Source: Bugula neritina (Eukaryota > Animalia > Bryozoa). From it: 64,000 nt of DNA. Shown in pieces: positions 12,901 through 36,700 of the stretch. Made by a program: the position numbers and the translations under genes. The notes beneath the pieces were generated by a model that saw only the letters and a list, made by a program, of their open reading frames with translations, ran no database searches and was not told the DNA's origin. Each line of letters opens with the position of its first letter. The stretch's first letter is position 1. The stretch spans positions 32,053,504-32,117,503 of the forward strand of contig OZ037765.1 in NCBI GenBank assembly GCA_964035545.1, given 5' to 3'.

Positions 12901-15496
12901 GTTCTCTTCTGCACTCCAGTTCTCTTCTGCACTCTAGTTCTCTTCTCTATTCTGCACTCTAGTACTCTTCTTTCTTCTGCACTCTAGTTCTCTTCTGCAC
13001 TCTAGTTCTCTTCTCTCTTCTGCACTCTAGTTCTCTTCTCTCTTCTGCACTCTAGTTCTCTTCTCTCTTCTGCACTGTGTGCATGATGTTACAACTAGTC
13101 ACTGTATGATAGTGCATCTAGTCACTGTATGTATTGACAGTGTCTTGTATATTCCCAGGGGAATTATGTGGCCGTGGGCACTAACAAAGGTTACGTACAG
13201 ATCTGGGACGTGGCGGCCACCAAACGAGTCAGTCACTTCTCTGGGCATACGGCGCGTGTCGGTGCTCTGGCCTGGAACGCTGACCTTTTGTCGTCTGGCA
13301 GCCGCGACAGAAACATCTTACAGAGAGACATACGGTCGTCTGAAGGGGTGAAGAAGCTGACGGGTCATCGGCAGGAAGTGTGCGGTCTCAAGTGGTCACC
13401 TGATCACCAGCACCTCGCCTCCGGCGGGAATGATAACAAGCTGCTTGTGTGGAACGCCTCGTCCAGTAATACTCCTTTGCAGACCTATTCAGATCACGTG
13501 GCAGCCGTAAGTGTATATTGAATATATATGTCAGTGTACGTATGTCAGTGTATGTATGTCAGTGTATGTATGTCAGTGTATGTAATGTATGTCAGTGTAT
13601 GTAATGTATGTCAGTGTATATATTTATTTGCATATCAACGAGTAACATATAAAGACTGCACCTTATAGCACACCTTATAGCTCTAAACATTATAGTCATA
13701 TGACCTGTTACCTTCATCAAACTCTTGCTTAGAAATAAGTTGCCTGCAATGGGATTCAAACCTGCCCATCACCATGTTCAGCCCAGGAATTCCTGTGCCT
13801 TGTTTTGACTCCATTGTTTCTGTAATGTCTCAGGTAAAGGCCATAGCCTGGTCTCCCCACCAGCACGGTCTGCTGGCTTCAGGAGGGGGCACGGCCGACC
13901 GATGCATTAGATTCTGGAATACTCTAACTGGACAACCGCTACAGTCTGTTGATACCGGCTCTCAAGTTTGTAATCTTGCGTGGAGTAAACACTCCAATGA
14001 GTTGGTTAGTTTTTACTCTTTACTACTCTGTACTCTGCTACTCTACTACTCTGTACTCTACTACTCTATACTCTACTACTCTCTACTCTACTACTCTCTA
14101 CTCTACTACTCTCTACTCTACTACTCTACTACTCTCTATCTACTACTCTATACTCTACTACTCTACTACTCTGTACTCTACTACTCTATACTCTACTACT
14201 CTATACTCTACTACTCTATACTCTACTACTCTATACTCTACTACTCTGTACTCTACTACTCTCTACTCTACTACTCTCTACTCTACTACTCTCTATCTAC
14301 TACTCTATACTCTACTACTCTACTACTCTATACTCTACTACTATCTACTCTATACTCTACTACTATCTACTCTGTACTCTACTACTCTTCACTCTACTAC
14401 TCTCTACTCTATACTCTTTTACTCTGTACTATACACTATGAACTCTGTTGTTTAGGTAAGCACTCACGGCTATTCTCAGAACCAGATTCTTGTATGGAAA
14501 TACCCATCTCTGCTGCAAATGGCCAAGTTGACTGGTCACTCCTTTAGAGTATTATATTTAGTACGTATACATCTTTCATCATACAACTTGAATTTAAATA
14601 ATGTTTTCTAATTTAATATTCTTGTTTTTGATACCACAATCATGACATTGACCTTTCTTGCCACATTCCTTGTTTCCATAGTAAAATTATATGTTGGGCT
14701 CTTACTACAGGCAATGTCTCCCGACGGTGAAGCCATAGTAACTGGTGCTGGGGACGAGACACTCAGATTCTGGAATGTTTTCAGCAAAACTCATTCAAAC
14801 AGGGTAAGTTTGGCGAGTGTTGTCATGCCAACACATGCTTCCTGTCTACTATTCTACTAAGAGCTCACTTGATTGGGAAAGCACAAGTTTATTTTTGAAG
14901 ACCAAACATCTGTTCATGTTTTAGTCTCTACCACAATGTCATTTAGCCGAGTTGTTTTACCAAGTGAAACTGTTGGATTTCACATTTGCTTACTGCTATA
15001 TTGCCTCTTCATTTCTATAAAATTTGAACGTGAAATACGCAGAATGAAAGTATTTTTATGAATATGTGCTGTAAAAACACTAGAAAATATTTCTATTTTT
15101 GTGACGCAAAGCTTGTTGCTGGTAAACTTGCTTCTTTCTAAATTTCAAGCTAAATTATCTAATTAAGTTTATGAGGCTGGAGCAATAGGCTGATACTATA
15201 AACTGCAATTGTAAGACTGAAAAATAACTTAATGTTTGCATTTTGTTCCGAAAATGTAAGGATGCATCTTTGCTTGAGTCACAAGTGAACTATGACCTCA
15301 GCGATTGGCCCGATATAAGTTATTTTTTCTTGAGTTCTATTTGAGAAGGCACTACGGCCAGTAAGCCAGAATGTTTTACCTCAACTAGTTGTTGAAACTT
15401 TCATTGATATGTTTTGCTTTGTTATAGGCTTCACAATATTTATGCCTTTTGTAGGACTCAAAGTCCGTTCTTAACTTATTCAACAGAATACGATAA
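9915..15496 (+). CDS. FZR1: Fizzy-related protein (APC/C co-activator Cdh1)
   Basis: N-terminus [10 protein letters not shown]-box [29 protein letters not shown]40 repeats ([26 protein letters not shown]) and C-terminal IR tail (LNLFNRIR*). About 10 coding exons. Confidence 0.97.
10710..11081. mobile_element. Non-autonomous DNA transposon (MITE, hAT-like ends) in an fzr1 intron
   Basis: Terminal inverted repeats CAGGGTTGGAGT...ACCCCAACCCTG and many internal GTAATT/AATTAC motifs. No clear TSD. Confidence 0.65.
12172..13076. repeat. ~900-bp pyrimidine-rich minisatellite (CTGCACTCTAGTTCTCTT plus optional CTCTCTT)
   Basis: Visible tandem units begin ~10 nt after the donor at 12163. Confidence 0.97.
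14010..14432. repeat. Intronic CTACT-based minisatellite
   Basis: Tandem TACTCTACTACTCT(G/A/C) units fill most of the fzr1 intron. They are the source of the YS/LYSTT pseudo-ORFs. Confidence 0.95.
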
Positions 15497-16333
15497 TAAA
15501 TTGCCAAATGTAGTTAACCCTCAGTAACTAGCCCCTTGGTCAGGCCTCAGCTCAACCTACTGTTCTATACCACCATCTGTTGACATCTCTGTTGTGATCA
15601 CTACTCCTGCTGTAATGACATGCTACAGCAGGTGCTAGTCTATGGGTATAGTGCTGTGTTAGTTTAGTTATTTATTGATATAGTTTAGATTATTTGTTAG
15701 TGAGATAGTCGCTGCAATTACCAATGTTGTGAATCAGTCAAAGAGATAATATAAAGTATTCTTAATTATTTATGTCAGATTTATACAACAGCCTATTAAT
15801 ATATACGTAGGAAGAATATAGTAGCAATATATATATTTTTTGTTGATAATTTATTCAATTTTAGCTGCCTGTAAACCATTCTATTGTTTTTATGTGTTAT
15901 TTACTCGCTTTCATATATATTTTTGTGTAATTTTATTTCAAGTCGAAACCATGCTTGTTTTACTATCACGATTCATTGGTAATTTCGTGTAAATATCTAA
16001 AATTAACTTACTTGACTGTGATGGTGTAATTAACGCTATATTTTTATGATAATATATAATTATTTTTGTTTATTGTGTTTTCTTTGAAACTTGACAAAAG
16101 TTTCAAGTTCTACATGCATGTGGCTACAGAAGTTTAAATAAAATGTTTGAATCATGACAGCAGCATTTATGAGAGACTTTGCAATAGAATTAGATGGTTT
16201 ATTTTCACGACACTGTACACATATCTGATGGGATAATAAATATCAAACTGTTAGCATATAGTTGAAAGTTAACGTTTTAGCTGGACATTTCTAGAGTTAT
16301 ATGTCTTCATCTTAGTCTTACACAACTTCTCTT

Positions 16334-18177
16334 TCACTTCAAGTGTTTGAACAGAGAAACAGCAACCTGCAACACACATAGCAAGCTTATAGGATAATAT
16401 AACTCTATTCTACAGGCATGTAACAATTAACGCCATGTTTTGATACGGTACTCTCAATTGAATTTTGCATTGATGCAATCACCATAAGCTACAAAATATA
16501 GATTTTCCTAATTTAGTATCAAAATACTTGCTTTCATATTAAATTCATTTAGAAAATAATAATCTCGTCAGTAAGAACCTAGTTTGTAGTGCTGTGCATT
16601 TTGATATCAGGATAATTGAAACCCAAAATGTTAGTAGATATCAACATGGTGACATGAGTAATTACACAGAATAGACAGGTATACCAATATTCTATTGATC
16701 TATTGAAAGAGTTTTGTATCTTAAGTTATACCTTAGCATCCCTGCAGTGGAGAAAGTCATAAAGCTCCTGCTCACAAGTTTCGCTAGTGTTAGAGCGAGA
16801 GCTAACTCTCTCAGTGCATGTATCCAACTCCCTTTGATATTTGGAGCATGAACTAGCACATTCCTCTTTCAAGTTTAGTTGCGGGTCCTAGATGTAGTAT
16901 GAAGTAAACAGTGAAGCGTCACACTATACTCTATAGCATATAAATTGAAATACTACATCTTTATACTATTTTGTGTAGAACAGTATGCTTAGCCAATAAA
17001 TGCATCCACCAGGTTCACTTATGTCAAGAACAAATACTAGTTGAAAATATAACAAGTTTAAAGAAAAATTCCATAGCCGTGAGAAAGGTTTAACAACAGC
17101 ATTCTTACAATGATTGTGCCAAATGCAAATAACACGCATTGGTAGCTATTAGGCATGCAATGTAAAGTAAAGCAGCATACTGATCAAAATTAAAATGTAG
17201 GTGAAAATATAGGAAACATGCTGTAACTCAGAAAATTCGTCATCCTACAGACCTCTACATCAACCTCCTCCTCGTCTTCGTCAGAATTCTCTGGTTCACC
17301 ATCATCTGCTTCCTGTCAACATACACCATGATGTATATTGTTATTATTACTACACGTGTAGACTTTGATGTTTAAACTTTATCTAGCTATCCAATATAAA
17401 AAAAGTAAAACGAATAATTCAATTTAAAAACTATGCCAACACCCGTCCTATTACTGGGGTACTGGTAATCAAACAACAACACTTACAAGTTACAATACCA
17501 ACACAGTCATAACGATTGTCATTGTGATATTTGAGTGCGATACTGAGCACTATTATTACTAGTGTGGGTGTAGAATTAGACACATCACTCCGAGTCTACA
17601 ATCACACCGACTCTCAATCTTAAAACTGATGTTCACACTTATAATAATTATCATTGGCATAATAGTAATAACTGAAAGTTTGTCATGATGATTATGATTA
17701 TCATAAGCATAGTGATATTCACTATGACTATAATATTAATATGATATTCATAGTCATTCAAAATTACTCTAAGTCGAAGAATAAATGTTACATTTACTTT
17801 AATACTAATACAGTATTACTATTACGAATACAGTAATAGTATTACTAATAGTAATACTAATACTAATAGTAATACTAAGTCAAAGTGTAAGTGACAAAAA
17901 TGATTCAAATACTAATAATTATACTTATTCTTAAACTAATATTTATAGTTATACTGTTATAGTAGCTTATCCCGGCTTATATTTATACATTAACTTATAG
18001 TTATTAAACATTCTGACTTCTATTTTTGGCTTTACGTCTGAGTTCTGAACGTACAGTTTCATTTGTTTCAGTTTCTTCAACTTCTACTTCATCTTCTTGC
18101 CCTTCGCATTGTTCTTCAACTTCTGATTCATTTTCGGCAGCGCAAATTTTGAAATAACTATTAAAAATCGATGCCAT
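16334..18177 (-). CDS. UQCRH: Cytochrome b-c1 complex subunit 6 (hinge protein)
   Basis: Four short exons, all below the ORF-track cutoff: MASIFNSYFK...acidic N-terminus | EADDGEPENSDEDEEEVDVE | DPQLNLKEEC...CTERVSSRSNTSETCEQELYDFLHCRDAK | VAVSLFKHLK*. This matches the UQCRH motifs CxERVSSRS and EELFDFLH...LFxxLK. Confidence 0.92.
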
Positions 18178-18449
18178 AGTGTTTTTAAATTTGTTACTAA
18201 TTTAATACTTTAATCTTAAGTCTTAGAGTTACTCTAGGCTGTAGCCCTCAACTTTACTGTGATCACTTTAATTGAATTAGTTGTCTTAGTTAGACATCAA
18301 CCAGTCACTTTTCTTGGGCAGAGTCTTTGCTTTGTGAGCGATATTATACTCACTCAAGCTGTAAAAGTATATAGAACAGTTTGAAACCGAATATCATACA
18401 ATTAATCAAAATGTAACTTATGTTTATGTTAATTTTGCAACCAAGACGT

Positions 18450-18485
18450 TATAAGGTTCCGGATGCCGGCCTTGCGCGCATACTC
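18450..18485. promoter_or_regulatory. Candidate promoter elements upstream of UQCRH (ETS-like TTCCGG, NRF1-like TGCGCGCA)
   Basis: GGTTCCGGATGCCGGCCTTGCGCGCA lies in otherwise AT-rich DNA upstream of a respiratory-chain gene. Confidence 0.4.
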
Positions 18486-20165
18486 GATATAGAAACTAGC
18501 GGTGCGTCCTAAAAAGACTTACATTGATCTCTGTCAAAAATGTTGTAGGACATAATTGTACTGCGAGAAATTTTTTAACACTGCGATTGCGAGTTAGGCT
18601 AGAAACAAAGTCGCTTGAAGTAGCACCGAGTTGGTAGTCACGGACACTGAACTCAAGATATCTTTTCCAGTCCAATAGTCACGGAAAGCATTGGTTAAAG
18701 AATTTCAAGTTTAGAGTTAGAGGTTTCAGAGTTAGGCCAGTGCATTAAAGTACTGCACTTAGTTACCTTCAACTCAGTGCTCTTTTGAGCAATGTTCGTT
18801 AAAAACAGCTCCGAGTTGGTAAACACTAAAAGTGAATGCAGCAGTTTAAGGGTGTCGACTAATGAACTGGAAAAGGTGTTTCTCGTCCAGTGATATCGAG
18901 TTAGATAAAAAGAACTGAGGTAAAATTCTGAACCCCCCTAAACGCGAGATCTTAAACTGATGCACTCAGTGACCATCCTCTCATATCACCAAATAGCAAA
19001 AGTAGTGGACTTTAAACTGAAACTGAGACTGTAGGCGTTACAATTTAAATTACATTAAATTAAATACATAAATAAACTATTTTCTCTATATTTTCGACGT
19101 TATGAAGTGTAAAATATTCTGAAGCCCGGTTCGCATTGTGGTGTAAACGGACAGTGCTGCTTTGGTATATTTTTTCAACAATAGAATAACTCAATAAGCA
19201 AAATGAAAATTGAAATAAAATCAGCATAGCCAATGCCATAGCATTGGCATGACTTATAAATATAACTATAAGTATAAGCCTAAGAGCTAATTCTAAAAGT
19301 AAGAGGAAGAGTAAGGTTAAGCATTTAGCATTGCTAATACTGAGTGATAGTGATGGTCATGGACTCACAGTGGTGGTGATAGTGATACTCATAACTCGTA
19401 AGCCGTAAGGCTTATCACTTTCACTTTATCATTATGATTATCATTATGTCTATGATTATCATTATGATAACTATAAGCTATACTAATTACTGATACTCGT
19501 ACTCATATACATATTCATACTGTTTGCACTGTGACTGTCAGTATGACTATCAGAATGAGAATGGCATTAAACTTTTGAATTTGATAGTCATTGTGATTGT
19601 ATTAGTGTACTCATAGTCATAGCCATGCTCAACTGGTACTGATAGTGATACTCATATTATTATTAGTATTACTAATAGTTTAAGTTATAATAACTGTAAG
19701 TTCAAATAAGTAAAACTAATAGTAATACTCATACTCATACAGTCATAATAATGCTGTATAACTGTTAGACTTAGTAATTACTAGTCACTAGAAGTAGACT
19801 AGTACTAGTAGTAGTTTCAGTTTATAACTTTACTGTAAGTATAACTATGAGTGTAAGTCTATAACTGTAAGTATTCTATTAGATTTAGTATTTAATTTTA
19901 CATTTTAGTTTTACTCTGACTTGCAATTTTGCACGTGGCTGGTGACAGCAAGTGTAGCACTAACCATAGGATTAAGTGTAACAGCTACCCATAGTCATAC
20001 TGATACACGTACAGTGCTGCTTATAGTAGGAACCAATGAGTTTGACATTTTAATCAGAATCAGCGCTGAATGTTAACATCCTAATGCTGCCATTGGACCT
20101 TTTTCGTAGTCAAAACTCATAGAATTGGAAATGGCAAAAATTTGGTTTTCACTTTTTAGACAGCA

Positions 20166-24896
<4,731 letters not shown>

Positions 24897-25746
24897 TCAG
24901 CAATAACATTTGTGAACAACATTTATAGTATTGCTTAACAAATTTTTATGACTTTTAAAGCAGAGGATCAAATTATTTTTCTAATTTTTCTACAAATTAT
25001 ATAATTATTTTCCTGAAGGGATTGTGATTTTGTCATATAAACTCAAACTTTTTTAGCAGCTCAAATGCAGTTTAAACTGATATTTTCACAAAGAAATAAA
25101 TTTTTTTTTTCAAAGATTTCAACTAGTTTTTTCTTGAAAGGCACTTTTTAATTCAGAATATGAAAGTTAATAGTTTCTTCATTATAGAGTGATAGACAGT
25201 TACGTGGAATGAATGGCAGTTAAAATGCTAGTTAGTGCTCTCAGGTATTAAAATAAGTTATTCAGTTACTATTAGCTTATGTCATTCAATGGAGAGTTTT
25301 AGGGAGTTGCCTTCACCAGCTGTTTTTGTTTTTGAACTATCAGCAACAAAACAGCTTTATATAAAACCCACTTGATGTTTCTATTTGATTTATTGTGATT
25401 GATCAGAGTTATTAGATTGTTAAAGTGAAGTCAATCACAAAATGCTCTAATTCTAAACCATTTCCACGCTTTGAACTGTCGTATTATATACTTGTATATT
25501 TTTATATAATGACATACATTGGGTCTGGATATTGGTAAAATACGTATAAAAGGTTTAGCCATCTGACTACATAATATGGCAGAATAAGACAAAATAAAAT
25601 TTATATTTTTACATTTAACCTTGTGATGGTCGAATTTAAATATTCACAGGTATATGTATATACTACATAGCTATATAGCTGGCACAATGTCACAGTCTAC
25701 ATGACATCACAGCCTTCCTGACGTCACAGTTTACATAGTGACTCAA

Positions 25747-31786
<6,040 letters not shown>

Positions 31787-33749
31787 CTTTAATAACTATT
31801 TGTATGGCTTTTTACCACCAGTTGATGTTGTGTTATTCAATTTCCTTTTCTGTTTTCACATCAACAATGAGAACCTAAAATAGCAACAATGACAATTGGT
31901 AGACTGTATCATAATCTAAATCATAACAAAATTGCAGCCTTATGATTGTCATTACGATTAGGCATTAGCATAATAAATTATATCATAATCATAATGAAAT
32001 TGAATATCCTTATCAATATGAATATGATGATCATGATGATCGTCAATCACCATGATTATCACCATCACTGAATCTGATAGTCATACAGTTACACGCATAG
32101 TGATACTGATGTCAGTGTGATAGTGATACTCATATTGATAGTGATACTGATAGACGATAGTGAAGACTGAAGTGATACTAATACTTCAAACTTCGAGTTC
32201 AGTCAGAGTGATCATGAGTTCATCATAATATTAATCATGATAATTAACTGGTAACCATAATAAGAATAATATTCATATAGATTATTGTGTGACATTGGTG
32301 TGATTATGACAGACAGCTTGCGCTAATAGACATGTCAACTTCCAGTGGTAGTTAAAAATTTATTATTTACAGCCATGGTGATGGACATAGGACGTGGTTT
32401 CAACTCTGAGAGGATATTAAACAAACTACTTACAGTTGACACGCTAATAAATTACCCCTTAGATTTCTAGAAATTATCAAAATAAAAGATCTTGCGTTTT
32501 GAAAAGTTATAAAGATATTGCGGATGCAAAAACAAAACAAGATTCAGCGCTAATTTTAAAACGAGTCAATTTATTTGTTTTCTTTTTTAAATCAATATCT
32601 CGGTGCCAATTATTTAAATTGCGCTAATTTTCATCATTATGATTATCGTATATTCATATACTTTAACTTATTCATATTGTAATTGTATTTGTTATACTTA
32701 TACTTATAGACATAGTTGATAGTGACACTCTGATAGTTATGCAGTAAACACTAAATCAGTAAATGTAATAGTAATAGTATTGCTATTAGACTTAGTATTA
32801 CTATTAGTATTACTATTACAGTATTAGTATTACTATTAGTATTACTATTACTAATGCTATTACTATTAGTATTAGTATTACTAATAGTAATACTAATACT
32901 ATTAGTATTACTATTAGTATTAGTAATACTAATACTAATATAATACTAATACTAATAGTAATAGTATTACTATTACTAATACTAATACTAATAGTAATAC
33001 TGTATAATCATAATGATAATGTACTAGTATTACTAATAGTATTAGTAATACTAGTACATTATCATTATGATTATACACTTTGACTTAGTCTTACAGTTAC
33101 CGTAATACTTGTTACTTGTTTAGTTGTACTAAAACTTAAAAGTAAAAGTAAATCTTATTACTATTACATATTACTATTAGTATTAGCATTAGTATTAGTG
33201 TTACATAAGTTATTTAGTTCTTCAACTTGCTCTTAGTCTAAGTCATATAGAAATTATATTATTATTTATAGTTAATAACTATAAGCATAATGATAATCTC
33301 TAGTACTATAAGTATATAACTATGTCTACTAATACTAATAGACCCTTCCCACTTAGGTCATCACTTACCGCCCCTTCGCCACATTGGGACTGGCACTGCT
33401 AGTATAATTAGTATCAGTATACTGAGTATACTGATACTAATAATACTAATAATACTGTAGATTGAGGTGTAAATATTGTAAACATAGTAAATTATCATTA
33501 TGGCATTTAAATATGCACTGTAAATTTTATTATAATCATAACTATAGTGCTTTTGAGTAGAACAAGACTATTGAATTCATTTTTCCTTTTTTGCTACCCT
33601 TTTGTTTATAACAGGTTAACGGTTCTATTACTGAAATGACCAAATTCTTTTTTTCCTGTAGCATTTTTATAAGTTTTTCAAGTCTAAGTTATTGCACTCA
33701 TAGCTGTAATTATACTCAATGATCTGTCAATCTCTGATTTATGTTGTAG

Positions 33750-36700
33750 ATGTCTGAAGTGGAAGGCTCAACCCTATTTTCTTCACTACAATATTACATC
33801 GCTGGGAAGATTACTCCTGAGGTATGTTCAAATAAACACATTGCCTGATGTTTTATATTTATTTGTCATATATTTAAATTGTTTCACGATTATTATAAAA
33901 TTGTAGGCTCAAGGAATTCTCGACAAAGGTGCAGCAAAATCCAACTCGTACTTAAGTGAGTTGGTGAAGATAAGCATTACAGACACTACAGACAACGAGG
34001 ATGAATACTCGGAAATAACAGATATTTATGATATTCCTGTCGTGTCCTGTGATTGGGTCATCTTGTCTCACAAGTGCGGTAAACTTTTGCCCACTAAACC
34101 CTTCCCTCCTAAGCAAACGTCTGACCAATTGTTTGCCAACAAAGTCTTTGCTGCGAGTCACGTGGAGAAGAGTGATTTAGACTCGCTCTGGGCTATGATC
34201 ACGTTTCATGGAGGATCTACGCAAAGATCAATGACTGAAAATGTTACTCACTTGCTGTGTACCGATACCAAAGGCAAGAAGTACGGTTTGAGCGAAAATA
34301 GATTTAAAGTCAAGGTGGTGACTCCGGATTGGGTGGTGGACTGTATTCGGGCAAAAAAATTAATTAGTGAAATGGAGTATCACCCAAAGTTGCTCGCTAA
34401 TTCTTCAAATATGCTTCAAAGGATTGTGTCTCCAGCTATTCCTCTAGCTACGGCCAAAGTGACAGTACCAATATCTTCCACAACTGCGCCTCAACCAACC
34501 ACCCCGTCATCAGCCACTTTCCCAACCATATCTGACTATCCACTACCTCCACCTGCTAAGACCACCAGCAAGTCTCCAGTTCACCGTAAGAAGGCAACTC
34601 CAAAGGCCTCTCAGCCCAGTCCTTCACCAATGATTTCTCCGCCACCCGTAGATTTCCAATCGGGATTGTCGCATGTAGCTCCTGGATATCTGCAGCAGCC
34701 GAGGTTCACACCGCCACCCACCACAATGCCACCGCTAAGCAACCCTCAACAGCCTCTACGCTCCCGCCAAGTATCTCCACAGTTTTCAAGTCACATGGGT
34801 CAAGGAACGTACAGTCCTACTCCACCTCACCCGGAGCAGCAATCTACACAGGTAAAGGAAATAGAGGTTAAGAGTCTGATTGTAAGGCCATTCATATGAA
34901 ATACACCGTAATAAATCTATACATATATATCAACTCTTGTCTGTTACAGCCGGAAAGACATGTGAATAGAGGATTACAGAAAGCTCCAGTGATGTCTCAC
35001 CATGCTACCTTACCCTCTCACCCCAATATGCCCCCTCACCCTCACTCTCACTATCCTAACCTACCCTCACACATGCTCCATCCCTCCGCTGACTCTGCTG
35101 CCTACCCTCCTATCCATTACACGGGTGCGGCAGCGCGTCAGTCTCCTGTGTCTCCCGGTATGGCCAGACACCCTCTCAACTCACACAGTCAGCGCAGCTC
35201 TCCTGGCAGCAGCAGGACTCCTCCCATGCTTAACTTAGGTCACATGACTGAGGTACCATATCCATCACAGGCATCGCTGCCAGAGGAAACTCCTATTATC
35301 AGAATGAGTAGGTGTCAGAATGAGTGAGTGTCAACATGAGTGAGTGTCAACATGAGTAGGTGTCAGCATGTATATGTGACGTGAGGCTTTCTTCAAATAT
35401 TAACTAAGAAATATAACAGTATTTATTTATTTTTCTATTGCTTAGCCAAAATTGTTATGTTGTTACAGTCTTAGGGTGGACACTAGTTTTTGGGTCTTAA
35501 GCTAACTTACTTTTGTACATTCACTAATAGAAAAAACTTCCATGCTCAAAATTTCATCCCGGCATATTATCTATGATTGCTTCTTAGCTTTTCTTTGAAT
35601 AGTCTGATGTTACCTTACACCTTACCTTTCTACTAGCAAATATGGCAGCCTTTCCAATGGGCAGTGAAGTTTCCACCGTACCTCAAAGGAAGTCTCCTAT
35701 AGCCTCAGGGAATTCCTCCTCTAGGAGTCATTCTCAGTCTAAGAGTCCAGTTAATGCTCAGCCGTTCAACGTGTCAGTTATTAAGGTGAGAATTGCCGTT
35801 TATCCTGTTTATTAGCTAATTTACTTTTACACTCATATCAGCATATCATGAAAGTGTATCTCCAGATTTACGATTACCTGTGCATTCTTTTTTTCTGCAA
35901 TTCCACAAGTTTTATAGTTGATAACTGGCCAATTGCTCTATGCAGGCTTTTTACTCATACAACTGTTGATAAAAAGCTTAGTTTTGTAGGAATTGGTCTT
36001 TTTGTTTCAGAAATCATTGCTTCAAAAGCTTTTTTGATAAAGCTATATGTGCACACTTTGTACACTTACATTTATGTGTATTTGTGTTGCATTTGCATTT
36101 GCCACTGGCACATTCATTAGTTTACTTCTAGTTATAAAGTTTTTTACTGTTTGAATAGCTTTAGGAGCTCAACTTTGAAATCATGTTAATTTTTCATTTC
36201 TACCCATGATTGTATATTGCATGTGAAATTATATTCTAATTATCTTTTAAATGTTCCATTGCAGATTTAAACAAATATTTCAGGCTCTCAACTGCCTCAT
36301 TTAAGTTGTGTTGTGTTATTGTTACAGCCAACCAAATCAGCAGGCTCTGTTGGTGAGGCTGGCTCTCGAACTCCTACCTCAGCTGACAGATCACCTGCAT
36401 CAAGTGTCACCAGGCTGACACCACCTGTGACTAACATGGTGACTGCTCATGCAGGTGGCAGTGAGGCTAATGACACTCCAGTGTTATATTATGGCTACGA
36501 TAGTACTGAGTCATTGCCAACTGACATGTGCCTAGCAGGTTGTATATTTTATATGGGAGAATATCTCAAGACAGATCCCTGCGAACAGTGGATCATGGTC
36601 AGTTTATTATCATGATGATTGACTTAATTAAATAATGCAATTTAATTAGTTGATAATGTAATTGAATAAATCAAATAATTTATTTGAATTTAAACAATAA

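Noticed and set aside
13949-14455. (LYSTT)n ORF
   Set aside because: It is an intronic repeat within fzr1, and the flanking exons join in frame without it.
18925-18945. CCCCCCTAAAC as a possible telomerase RNA template
   Set aside because: It does not give a 1.5x complement of TTAGGG or TTAGG, and no pseudoknot or H/ACA elements were recognised.
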